This document shows positions 1 to 10,715 of a stretch of DNA of 20,550 nucleotides, piece by piece. Origin of the DNA: Octopus sinensis. Taxonomy: Eukaryota. Below the pieces are notes generated by a model. It worked only from the letters and a program-made list of their open reading frames with translations, did not search any database and was not told the DNA's origin. The stretch is from positions 1 to 20,550 of the forward strand of contig NW_021824171.1 of NCBI RefSeq assembly GCF_006345805.1. The letters run 5' to 3'. A program made the translations under genes and the position numbers. Numbering within the stretch: the first letter of the stretch is position 1; each line of letters begins with the position of its first letter.

Positions 1-288
1 ACATGGATACATAATACAGCTATAAACATCAAAAAACAAAGGGATGTCTACTTAAATAGAAGCATAACAGATACTGTCAAGCTGAATATATTCATAATCC
101 CCATATATTTTCACATAAATATATTCTTATAACGTTATACTTACAGAATGATATGTATCAATTACGTACATACAAATACAGATAAGAATCTTTGCTGGCA
201 ATAGGAAAAAATATATTTGGCTTACAAACATGTAACGTTATATATTCACATACACAGACACATAGACACACGTATGAGACTGAATGAG

Positions 289-290
289 AA

Positions 291-327
<37 letters not shown>
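289..327. repeat. (GA)n microsatellite
   Basis: Direct reading of GA repeats. Confidence 0.95.
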
Positions 328-333
<6 letters not shown>

Positions 334-472
334 TTAATAGAAAGAGGGAATGAAAGAGAGAAAGAGGATGGTAAGTGCACGTGCCAGTTCAGTGTGAATG
401 AAAACTAATTTTGAGTATTACGACATTCAATGAATTTTTATATTTTTTTACAGAATCCTGTATCTGTATATG

Positions 473-608
473 AGTGTGTGTGTGTGTGTGTGTGTGTGTT
501 TGTGTGTGTGTATGTGTATGTGTGTGTGTGTTTGTGTGTGTTTGTGTGTGTGTGTGTATGTGTCTGTGCGTTTGTGCCTGGGTGCGTTGATATTTTTGTG
601 TGTTGCAA
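473..608. repeat. Degenerate (GT)n microsatellite
   Basis: Direct reading; source of the THTH/VCVC artefact ORFs. Confidence 0.9.
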
Positions 609-618
609 TGTGTGTATG

Positions 619-759
619 TATTCTTATATTCTGTTACTTGTTCCAATCATTTGACTGCGGCCATGCTGTGTCTCGCCTTTGGTTGAGCAAATCGACCCCA
701 GGACTTATCCTTTGTAAGCCTAGTACTTAGTCTATCGGACTCTTTTGCCGAACCGCTAA
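619..759 (-). mobile_element. 3' fragment of the ~400-bp SINE family (same as 4859-5245)
   Basis: Reverse complement matches ttagcggttcggcaaaagag...gcatggccgcagtcaaatga of the 4859-5245 copy. Confidence 0.85.
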
Positions 760-784
760 ATTCTTACATTCTGATTTGTGCTAT

Positions 785-878
785 GTATATATATATATAT
801 AGGGGAATGTACTCGCATAGCAAGTAATTTGATGAGTATACATATATATATATATATAGTATATATATTATATATATC

Positions 879-913
<35 letters not shown>

Positions 914-943
914 ATATATATATATATTAAATAGTATATATAT
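785..943. repeat. Interrupted (TA)n microsatellite
   Basis: Direct reading. Confidence 0.9.
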
Positions 944-945
944 GT

Positions 946-1245
946 GGAGCACATGATCTAGTGGTTAGAGCAGCGGACTCGCGGTCGAGGGATCGTGGGT
1001 TCGTATCTCAGACCGGGCGATGCGAGTGTTTATGAGCGAAAAAACCTAAGCTCCACGCGGCTCCGGCAGAAGAAGGTAATGGCGAACTTCTGCTGACTCT
1101 TTCGCCACAACTTTCTCTCACTCTTTCCTCCTGCATCTTGCAGCTCACCTGCGACGGACCGGCGTCCCGTCGAGGTGGGGAACCTATACGCGAAAGAAAC
1201 CGAGAAACCGGCCCTTGTGAACCAGGCATGGCTTGAGAAGGAACA
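946..1245 (+). mobile_element. tRNA-derived SINE, head H1 with tail T1
   Basis: A-box-like tagtggttag and B-box-like ggttcgtatc; body shared with 7730-8018 and 3807-4190; flanked by TA tracts. Confidence 0.85.
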
Positions 1246-1604
1246 CATATATATATATATATATGTTTATGGATGTCTGTTTGTCTTTCACCATCTCAAT
1301 GTTCCTTGCACTGTATATCCAGATATACTGGTGCGCATATGAGCTGATCCTCTATGATTAAACGTTAACTTTTTCAATGACTGAACTACGACAAAACTGG
1401 GATAAATCCTCGATATATACTTTTCGTAGGTCTCGGCACTTCAGGTATGTTAAAGTTAGGTCGCTTTCGGCCTTGCTCCCTTAATATAATTATATACCTA
1501 TGTATATTATTATTTATTAAATGTATAAATTACCTATAAATCTTTATAGCATGCTGACTACCTGATAAAAATCATCAACGTAATTTTTATCCTTATATTC
1601 TATA

Positions 1605-1994
1605 CTAGCAGTATCGCCCGGCATTTCCCGGGTTTGTTTCGACCCTTTAGAATTGAAATTTTTGAAAAGTAAAAATTGTGCATTATGTAGCTTGTTATTC
1701 TCCTTAAGTGAACATTTTTCTGGTTGAAATACACCGAAAAATGACGACACAGCAGTCAAAAAATCGTACAAAATAGGGATTTTCATAGAAAAAAAAAAGC
1801 ACCTTTTTGATGTAAATAATATTTGGTGTTAACATGGTCCGATTTGAATTTTTCTTCTACGAAAGGAAGAGCGAGCCTTCTTCTATCATACTCTCAATTT
1901 TTGTCAACTTGCGCCGCAGGGTCTCGGAGAAGATAGTGTTAGTTGAAGGCTATCAAACCTGCCATACACAGACAACTTCAGCTTTATATATAGA
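1605..1994 (-). mobile_element. Non-autonomous Helitron (~390 bp)
   Basis: On minus it begins A|TC (tctatatataaagc) and ends CTAG|T, with a GC-rich hairpin cccgg/ccggg (1617-1632) 8 nt before CTAG. No TSD. These are canonical Helitron termini. Confidence 0.75.
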
Positions 1995-2370
1995 TATATA
2001 AATGGCGTACAGGAATAGGCGTTTGGAATCTGGCAGATACCTTAGTACTCTAGGGTTCTGGCCAACGTCTTCGTGTCATAGGAAAATATAAAAATGTTCA
2101 TCACAAACAATTTCATGGTAATTTGCACAATAATTAAATATTGAGTTCGCTTTCTTGGATTTTGTACAGAATACAGAGTATTTACTTAATACATCATAGA
2201 AACAATAAAAAATTACATATCTTCAAAATTTGTTCATAAAAGTATTATTCTCAACGAATTCATTGATGTGAATTTAATAATTATATATTCTAGTGAAGTA
2301 GTTTTGAAGATGTATATAATTCTCTAGTCTTCTTTATGATACACTCACACACACACTCCCCACCCACGAA

Positions 2371-2372
<2 letters not shown>

Positions 2373-2406
<34 letters not shown>

Positions 2407-2481
2407 TAGATAGATAGATAGATAGATAGATGATGATAGTAGATGATAGATAGATAGAAGATAGGTAGGTAGGTAGGTAGG

Positions 2482-2512
<31 letters not shown>

Positions 2513-2642
2513 GGTAGGTAGGTAGGTGGTAGGTAGGTAGGTAGGTGGTGTTAGATAGATTAGATATATAGATGACAGACAGACAGACAGACAGACCGAC
2601 AGATAGATAGATAGATAGATATAGATAGATAGATAGATAGAT

Positions 2643-2684
<42 letters not shown>
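2373..2684. repeat. Compound (TA)n/(GATA)n/(GGTA)n/(GACA)n microsatellite
   Basis: Direct reading. Confidence 0.95.
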
Positions 2685-2964
2685 GAGTGTGTATGTCTGT
2701 ATACATGTATTACATGCAAATATACAATTTTACAATGTCATTTATTTCATTTGCTGATGGTTCTCATAATATCCATTTCGAATTATTCTGCCAGCATCTC
2801 TCTTTCCTGCATTGTGCTGCGTATCATTGAGGATACATTTGGATGTTTCCCCAGGCTCAATACATAACACGATAGATCTCCACTGTTAAACCTTCTTAAC
2901 CTACAAATGACAAATGATTTGCTGTTTTGGATCAGAACCGGAAGTGCTCCACTTAATATAAAGC

Positions 2965-3580
2965 GGCGGTGGGATAAGGTGATGAGCTGGCAGAATCGTT
3001 AGCCGGACAATATGCTTATCGGTATTTCGTCTGCCGTTGCGTTCTGAGTTCAAATTCCGCCGAGGTCGACTTTGCCTTTCATCTTTTCGGGGTCGATAAA
3101 TAAGTACCAGTTACGCACTGCGGTCGATATAATCGACTTAATCCGTTTGTCTGTCCTTGTTTATCCTATCTATGTTTAGCCCCTTGTGGGTAGTAAAGAA
3201 ATAGGTATTTCGTCTGCCGCTACTTTCTGAGTTCAAATTCTCCCGAGGTCGACTTTGCCTTTCATCCTTTCGGGGTCGGTAAATTAAGTATCAGTTACGC
3301 TCTGGGGTCGATGTAATCGACTTAATCCGTTTGTCTGTCCTCGTTTGTCCCTTCTGTGCTTAACCCCTTGTGGGCAATAAAGAAATAATCGTTAGCCGGA
3401 CAAAATGCTTAGCGGTATTTCTCTTGTCCTCATGTTCTGATTTCAAATCACACCAACGTCGACTTCGCCTTTCATCTTTTCGGGTTCGATAAAGAAAACT
3501 ATAAGATAAACAATGGAATCGACCTAATCGACGTATTACCTCCCCTGAAATTAAAGGCATTGCTTCATAAGTTGAAACCA
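2965..3580 (+). mobile_element. Head-to-tail trimer of a tRNA-derived SINE (units ~2965-3203, 3204-3387, 3388-3580)
   Basis: Repeated ggtatttc...gagttcaaattc...gtcgactttgcctttcatc.ttcggggtcg. Units 1 and 2 end ccccttgtggg.a.taaagaaata; unit 3 is more diverged with a different tail. Confidence 0.85.
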
Positions 3581-3806
3581 GTAAAAAGCGGTAAAAAGCA
3601 AAAAAAGAAGTTTCTAAATCTTCTGTTTGCTCTAAGCTAAAACGTTTGCTGCACGGCATGGAGTACTCTCAGTTTTAGTAACCGTGGCTCTACTATGGAT
3701 GCTTAGATGACGTATGTAAAAGGAACAACACTCAGAATCAAAACAACCAAGGCATTGTTAAGTAGCAGCAATGCTGCATAGCAAAGCGTTGGCATCATAT
3801 ATATGA

Positions 3807-4190
3807 GGAAGCACTCTGTCGGTTACGACGACGAGGGTTCCGGTTGATCCGATCAACGGAACAGCCTGCTCGTGAAATTAAACGTGTAAGTGGCTGAGCA
3901 CTCCACGACACGTGTACCCTTAACGTAGTTCTCGGGAATATTCAGCGTGACAACAAGAGTGACAAGCCGGCCCTTTGAAATTCAGGTACAACAGAAACAG
4001 GAAGTAAAGTGAGAGAAAGTTGTGGTGAAAGTAGCAGTAGGGATCACCACCATCCCCTTGCCGGAGCCTCGTGGGGGCTTTAGGTGTTTTTCCTCTCATA
4101 AACACTCACATCACAGGACGCCGGTCTGGGAATCGAACCGCGATCCTACGACCGGAGTCCGCTGCCTAACCACTGGGCCATTGCGCCTCC
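3807..4190 (-). mobile_element. tRNA-derived SINE, head H1 with tail T2
   Basis: Minus strand starts ggaggcgcaatggcccagtggttag...ggttcgattccc (A/B boxes). Tail matches 18815-19000. Confidence 0.88.
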
Positions 4191-4203
4191 ACCATCATCT
4201 ATA

Positions 4204-4645
4204 TACTCTTTCTCTTTACTCTTTTACTTGTTTCAGTCATTGGAGGACTGCGGCCATGCTGGAGCAACCGCCTTTTAGTCGAGCAAATCGACCCCGGACT
4301 TATTCTTTGTAAGCCCATACTTATTCTATCGGTCTCTTTTGCCGAACCGCTAAGTGACGGGGAGGTAAACACACCAGCATTGGTTGTCAAGCAATGCTAG
4401 GGGGACAAACACAGATACACCAAACACCACACACACACATATATGTATATATATATATATATATATTATATATACTATAATACGACGGACTTCTTTCAGT
4501 TTCCGTCTACAAAATCCACTCACAAGGCATTGGTCGGCCCGGGGCTATAGCAGAAGACACTTGCCCAAGATGCCACGCAGTGAGACTGAACCCGGAACCA
4601 TGTGGTTGGTTAGCAAGCTACTTACCACACAGCCACTCCTGCGCC
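4204..4645 (-). mobile_element. Full-length ~400-bp tRNA-derived SINE with internal TA/CA microsatellite
   Basis: Minus head ggcgcaggagtggctgtgtggtaag...ggttccgggttcagtc; tail (gtaaaaga)n; near-identical to 18201-18616. Confidence 0.92.
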
Positions 4646-4858
4646 TATATATATATATATATATATATTAACGGAAGCCGAAATCCTTATGACCAGAAGC
4701 CGACACACTAACGATCAAAGTAACCATCTGCGACAGCCTTTCTGTGGGGCAAACAGATTTGGTGAACCTGAAGTCGATAAAGCTGCCAACCAAGATTCTG
4801 TCCGTCTACGTTTTGCACTTAAGATCCGATGTCGTTTCAAAACCGGAAACACCGTATA

Positions 4859-5245
4859 GGCGCAGGAGTGGCTGTGTGGTAAGTAGCTTGCTAACCACCA
4901 CATGGTTCCGAGTTCAGTACCACTGTGTGGCACCTTGGGCAAGTGTCTTCTACTATAGCCATGTCCGACCAAGGCCTTGTGAGTGGATTTGGTAGACGGA
5001 AACGAAAGAAGCCTGTTGTATATATGTAATGTGTGTGTGTGTGTTTGTCCCCCTAGCATTGCTTGACAACCGATGCTGGTATGCTTACGTTCCTGTCACT
5101 TAGCGGTTCGGCAAAAGAGACCGATAGAATAAGTACTGGGCTTACAAAGAATAAGTCCCGGGGTCGATTTGCTCGACTAAAGGCGGTGCTCCAGCATGGC
5201 CGCAGTCAAATGACTGAAACAAGTAAAAGAGAGTAAAAGAGAGTA
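4859..5245 (+). mobile_element. Full-length ~400-bp tRNA-derived SINE
   Basis: Head ggcgcaggagtggctgtgtggtaag, internal (TA)(TG), tail aagtaaaagagagtaaaagagagta; inverted relative to 4204-4645. Confidence 0.92.
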
Positions 5246-5413
5246 TGAGATACTCATGCCTAATGAGTCCTAACATGCATAAACTAACTTGAATACGCCA
5301 CGTTACTTGATCTCCGAACGTCAGATAAGATAGATTCACTCTAAGAGACTCCGAGTTGCCTGGAGTTCACTCAAACTGTTAGGAAATAAAATATGTGGGT
5401 ATAACCAAATGTT

Positions 5414-5885
5414 AGAAGAAGAAGGGAAGAGGCAGTAGAAAAAAGAAGAAGAAGAAGAAGAAGAAGAAGAAGAAGAAGAAAGATGAGCGGGAAAGAAGAA
5501 AAGGAGGGCGAGGGGGGAGAGGAAAAAGAAGAAGAAGAGGGGGAGGAAGAGGAAGAGAAGGAGGAAAGAAGAGAATGTGGAAGAAGAAGAAGAATAAGAA
5601 GAAGAAAAAAAGAAAGAGAAAAGAAGCAGTAAAAGAAGAGAAGGAGAAGAGGAGATAAGAAAAAGAAAAAGTAAAGAAGAAGAAGGGTCAGAAGTAGAAG
5701 AGAGAGAAGAAGAAGAAAGAAGAAAAGAAGAAGAGAGAAGAAGGAAGAAGAAGAAGAAGAAGAAGAAGAAAGAAGAAGAAGAAGAAGGAGGAGAAAAGAA
5801 GAAGAATAAGAAGAAGAAAAGAAGAAGAAGATGAGAAGAAGAAGAAGGAAGGAGAAGAAGAAGAAGAAAGAAGAAGAAAAGAAGA
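5414..5885. repeat. Degenerate (GAA)n polypurine tract, ~470 bp
   Basis: Almost exclusively G/A on +. Confidence 0.95.
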
Positions 5886-6826
5886 CTGCAGCAGCTATTT
5901 TTTTCTGAATGGTCGCATCTTTAAACGCATATTTTCGGTGGGTTGCAGTAACTGGTTTTTATATGAAAGGAAGTGAACACACACATCATCCAGCACGGTA
6001 AGACATTACCAAAGAAAGCACAACTTACTAGAATGATAACAAATTAGCTGGTTGCGAATTGAGTATTAGATGTTGATATTAATAAATAGCAATGCCAACA
6101 TGATATCAAATAAAATTCTACATCAGTTACGCTTCAATAGAAAACATGTTGAAAATGAAATCAAAAGTTACATTTTTATTCAATCGTTATTTTAGAAACG
6201 GTAATTGATGTTTCTACAGAATTCGAAATACTTCAATTGTGTTCAGCCCAACACGGTTCATTGGCAACGTATTTCTTCATTGTTAGAGGAACAAGTGAAT
6301 CAGAAATATGAAACAGTGGGATGCTTGGAAGAAAGGCCTTTAAACTGAAACCGCCATATTGATTAAAGAAGGTTTTATTAACACGAAATTTTATTATTAC
6401 TTTCGTTGTTTTTGATATTGAGGAAAATAATGGAAGATGTAATTCCATTAAAATATTAATAATGTATTCATTTATTAACAATACAAAGCTTCCAGAATGG
6501 GTTCTGCCTTTGTCTTTAGAGAAATTCTCAATGTATTGTTGAGAAGAAGCCCCCAAACACCCACCCATCTCCATCCCACAGAAACAAATTAAATATCGAA
6601 GGAAAATTTTTGGTTCGATTATGATTTCGAATCAATTGGATATGTCGATGAGGATGTATTACAATAGGTGAGACGGTTGGGGAGCGGGAAAGGTAGATTT
6701 CCGTTCAAATAGATTGAGATATCAATAGGAATCTTTACATGTTCTACCAATAGGTCTGACTATAACTGACTACGCATTTCGAGATCGAAAATCTATACGT
6801 TATGGTTGAATTAGGAAATACAAATG

Positions 6827-6869
6827 GAAGGCGCGTGGCTTAACGGGTAAGTTATTCGGACCACGATAC
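6827..6869 (+). mobile_element. Truncated tRNA-like SINE head H2
   Basis: gaaggcgcgtggctta...attcgg..catgat-like match to the head at 18674; runs into a TA tract. Confidence 0.6.
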
Positions 6870-6957
<88 letters not shown>

Positions 6958-6971
6958 TTATATATATATAT

Positions 6972-7003
<32 letters not shown>
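6870..7003. repeat. (TA)n/(TG)n microsatellite
   Basis: Direct reading. Confidence 0.95.
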
Positions 7004-7004
<1 letters not shown>

Positions 7005-7103
7005 AAGTTAATCCAAACAATAAAGCACAAAAAACACAACAACGCGAGGACGTGGAGCAAATATAGTATTATTGGACGCTCAGGAAAGAAGGAAAGAAGG
7101 AAG

Positions 7104-7138
7104 GTTTAACGTTTCGAGCGGAGCTCTTCGTCGGAAAC
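7104..7138 (-). ncRNA. Minimal type I hammerhead-like motif with U4C core variant
   Basis: Minus: gttt-CCGACGA-a-gagc(tcc)gctc-GAAA-cgtt-aaac. Stem I gttt/aaac, palindromic ACGT stem III, GUU site. Confidence 0.5.
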
Positions 7139-7519
7139 ATAGGAGAAGGAAAGATCCAGAGAAGGGAAGACAGAGGGAAAAAAATCGCCAATGGTACACA
7201 CGCGGTAGGTCTCCCTCATCGTTAAACGATGTAATGAAGTTTCGGCAGTTTCTGGCAGAACAATCACACAAATTATTTCTTTATAGTGATCATATGTTTG
7301 TGTAGACATAAGCTTACTCTCTCCATGAAATCCATGTTACCTGTACAGCTGCCCCGTGTGCCACATGTCAGATGACGAAATGATCGCAAAGCAGCCTGAA
7401 GCGAAGAGTTTCGCTCAAGAACACAACCCAACTCCCGGTCTGCGAATGGAGTCTACGATCTCGCAACCGTGAATGCAATACCGTAGCTACCAAATGAAGG
7501 TTATCTGATGATATCCTAT

Positions 7520-7679
7520 GATATGTACATATAAATATATATATATTTATACCTATCCACCTATCCATCTATCTACTTATCTATCTATCTATCAATCTAT
7601 CTACTTATCTATTTGTGTATTACCTCTCTCTCACTCTATATATCTATCTATCTATCCATATATATATTATATATATATA

Positions 7680-7729
<50 letters not shown>
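7520..7729. repeat. (TATC)n/(TA)n microsatellite
   Basis: Direct reading. Confidence 0.9.
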
Positions 7730-7731
<2 letters not shown>

Positions 7732-8011
7732 AGGCGCAATAGCCAGTGGTTAGGGCAGCAGGATCGCGGTTCGATTCCCAGACCGGGCGTTGTGAGTGTT
7801 TATAGAGCGAAAACACCTAAAATCTCCACGACGCTCCGGCAGGGGGTGGTGATCCCTGCTGTACTCTTTCACCACAACTTTCTGCCACTCTTTCTTCTGT
7901 TGGCCTGCTCGCTTAGCCAGCGGGGTGGCGTCATTCGAAGGCTAAAACAATGCGAACGCATTGTGACCAGCGATGTGTAACAACATCTGACGGTCTGTTC
8001 GGTCACGTGAT

Positions 8012-8018
<7 letters not shown>
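7730..8018 (+). mobile_element. tRNA-derived SINE, head H1 (small internal deletion) with tail T3
   Basis: ggaggcgcaatagccagtggttag...ggttcgattccc; body shared with 946-1245; ends cacgtgatcacgtga. Confidence 0.85.
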
Positions 8019-8049
<31 letters not shown>

Positions 8050-8059
8050 TATATATAAA

Positions 8060-8328
8060 TATTAGGGAATGAATCCAAAATTACAGGGAAAAATCAGATT
8101 TAGGGTTAAATCCAATTTTATAGTAAAATATTATATAATATAATTCGAGACAAAACCACTATTTTAAAATCAAACAATTTGATACTGATTAGAAGATCGA
8201 AAATCCACCTGAAGAATGTCAGTAGCAGACATGAAACAATTGTAGTGCGGTTTATTTAATTTATATTAAAATTTTATGTATTGATTAAGTCTTTCCTTGT
8301 TTGATTTTAAAATAGTGGTTTTGTCTCG

Positions 8329-8336
<8 letters not shown>
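8060..8336. mobile_element. TA-embedded repeat with a 40-bp inverted repeat (8138-8177 / 8297-8336) enclosing a hammerhead; Penelope pseudo-LTR-like
   Basis: atataattcgagacaaaaccactattttaaaatcaaacaa and its exact reverse complement; (TA)n on both sides. The Penelope assignment is inference. Confidence 0.6.
8201..8253 (+). ncRNA. Type I hammerhead ribozyme with intact catalytic core
   Basis: cac-CTGAAGA(8209-8215)-atgtc(agtagca)gacat-GAAA(8233-8236)-palindromic acaattgt-A(8244)-gtg. GUA site; stem I extends to aaatccac/gtg(c)ggttt. Confidence 0.75.
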
Positions 8337-8416
<80 letters not shown>

Positions 8417-8422
8417 CATACA
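8333..8422. repeat. (TA)n microsatellite
   Basis: Direct reading. Confidence 0.95.
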
Positions 8423-9504
8423 TAAATATCTACCCCTACATCCTTTTATGCATGAATCTCTCTTTGTAGGTTTATAAACACGGTTTTTAATCATTCTTTA
8501 AAAGGAACTGATCATAATTTCCGAAATTAGTTTTACTGACTTTTAATCTTTGATATTTCAATACATGGAAACACGAAGAAGGTTTAAATTACGAACGTAT
8601 ATAAAAGGAGAATGCAATATAAAGTCTGAACGTGTAGAATGAGAAAAACAAAATGGAATGTTAAAGGAAATTTTCTTTTAGCAATTTCCTATTTTATGGC
8701 ATGCTAATCAGAAACTATAATCGAAGGAATATTGAAAATAGATTTACCTCAGGAAGATCATTTCCCAGAAAATTGAACAGGAATTTTTTTGACGTGACAC
8801 GAAATATTAAACAGCATACGATTCTTCAGGAAATAAAACACAGAGAGAAATAAAACGATATATACGTAGCAGCATGCTTCCCTTCTGACACTCCACAATA
8901 GGAGAATCGTATACGATGTATCCCTCTTAATATAAATGTGAATTCACTTGAAGAACATAATTTGCCTCGAGCGAATATTTTGCGTTGGACAATTTATGAG
9001 CGATGTCGTTGGTTGAAATTTGATGCATTTTAATCGACAAGACAGCATAGATAAAACAAAACAGAGAAGCCCCTGTTTTTTGCATGTGAACTTTTAATAT
9101 TCTAATTAGGAAAATGAAAAGGAATTAATGAAAAGAAACTGCACAATGAAAGGTCTATAATGGGCGGAAAAAGATACAGCATTTAATAAAAATGTTGTAA
9201 ATTCGCAAAAAAGGCGGCCATCCTTATCGGAAATATGTAAATCTTAACGCAAAATCTCTCAGCATGTATTGGGAATTTATTTGCGTGAGGTTGATTATGG
9301 GATAAGATTACAGGAAAGTGTATACGGATATATAAAGATTGAAATAGATATGAGAAAAATTAAATTTTCTCTCACGTACTGGATTTAGCGGTGGTTTGGG
9401 TACATGTTACATTGTTAGAATTAAACAGAAGTGGAAATGACTAAGGTTGGGACGATTGGCGAGAAATTATCTCAAGTGTTACGAAATGCAGACTATATAT
9501 ATAT

Positions 9505-10008
9505 AATGATAAATCTCAGAGCGAGTTATAAACAGTAGCGGTAACACATCGTGACGCATATTTGCCATTTGAGTATGGCTAACCCCTAAGGGTGGATGCT
9601 ACTGTAGTTTGTAGTCCCAGGAAGATATCTCCTCCAGCTGGCTATAGACACACTATCTGTGTCCTCTCAGTATTTGTGAAGGGAAGTCATCCTCCCCGTC
9701 TTCAACTCATGATACACACGGACCCGAGTTTCAAGGTGTTTACCTTTCATCAGCGCGTGACAATCATGGTTGTCGACGAGAAGGCAGCTCCCTTCACAAA
9801 TACATATACTTTTTCCAGTGTCGATTGACACTGATATTGAAAAAGTGAAATCAAACAATGATAAATCTCAGAGCGAGTTATAAACAGTAGCGGTAACACA
9901 TCGTGACGCATATTTGCCATTTGAATATGGCTAACCCCTAAGGGTGGATGTTACTGTAGTTTGTAGCCCCAGGAAGATATCTCCTCCAGCTGGCTATAGA
10001 CACACTAT
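9505..10008 (-). mobile_element. Hammerhead-bearing retrozyme-like / pseudo-LTR-like element; 352-bp period, 152-bp terminal direct repeats
   Basis: 9505-9656 and 9857-10008 differ at 3 positions by my count; TA-rich flanks; central hammerhead on minus. Confidence 0.7.
9715..9759 (-). ncRNA. Type I hammerhead ribozyme, canonical core with GUC cleavage site
   Basis: Minus: cacgcg-CTGATGA-aaggt(aaac)acctt-GAAA-ctcgg-GTC-cgtgtg. Stem I 6 bp, stem II 5 bp, near-palindromic stem III; predicted cut between 9721 and 9720. Confidence 0.88.
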
Positions 10009-10034
10009 AGAATACATATACTATACATACATAC

Positions 10035-10082
<48 letters not shown>

Positions 10083-10099
10083 GTATGTATAGTATATGT

Positions 10100-10402
10100 A
10101 TTCTTTTATTCTTACTTGTTTCAGTCATTTCACTGCGCCCATGCTGGAGCAACGCCTCTTAGTTGAAAAAAATCGACACCCACGACTTATGCTTTGTAAG
10201 CCTGGTACTTATTGTATCGGTCTCTTTTGTCTAAACACTAAGTTACGGGAACGTAAAGCCTCCGACATTGGTTGTCAAGCGATCGTGTGCGGGGAGGACA
10301 AATACAAACACAAAGACGCACGCACACACACACACACATAGATATATACACAACAGGCTTCTTTCAGTTTCCGTCTACCAATTCCGCTCACAAGGCTTTG
10401 GT
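10100..10402 (-). mobile_element. 5'-truncated, diverged copy of the ~400-bp SINE
   Basis: Matches tail and body of 4204-4645; tRNA head absent. Confidence 0.8.
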
Positions 10403-10427
10403 ACAATATACATATATATATATATAA

Positions 10428-10475
<48 letters not shown>

Positions 10476-10518
10476 ATATATATATATACACATATATATA
10501 TAGATATATACATATATA

Positions 10519-10672
10519 GGGAAAATTCACAAAAAGCAAAAGACGAAAACATGGGGTGTAGACAACAAACAGATGTATTAGTATAACGCTCGGGAATTGA
10601 AAAAGTTTTTAACGTTTCGAGCCTACGCTCTTCCACAGAAAGAAACACAGAAGGAAACAAGGAGAGAAAGAA

Positions 10673-10715
<43 letters not shown>

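Noticed and set aside
6220-6574. 113-aa minus ORF (6233-6574) and a possible plus-strand exon after ttctacAG (6220-6348)
   Set aside because: No recognisable domain, no partner exons and no supporting evidence available from sequence alone.
7310-7480. Possible degenerate tRNA-SINE on minus (gatcgtagactccattcgcagaccggg...tgtgttcttgagc)
   Set aside because: A/B boxes are too eroded to delimit or assign.
7504-7525. CTGATGA followed by a tatc/gata stem
   Set aside because: No downstream GAAA or stem III, so not a hammerhead.
8062-8106. TTAGGG hexamers suggesting a telomeric context for the HeT-A-like array
   Set aside because: Only isolated single hexamers, far from the array; the array flanks are ordinary sequence.
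8823-8829. Minus-strand CTGAAGA
   Set aside because: No stem II or GAAA follows.
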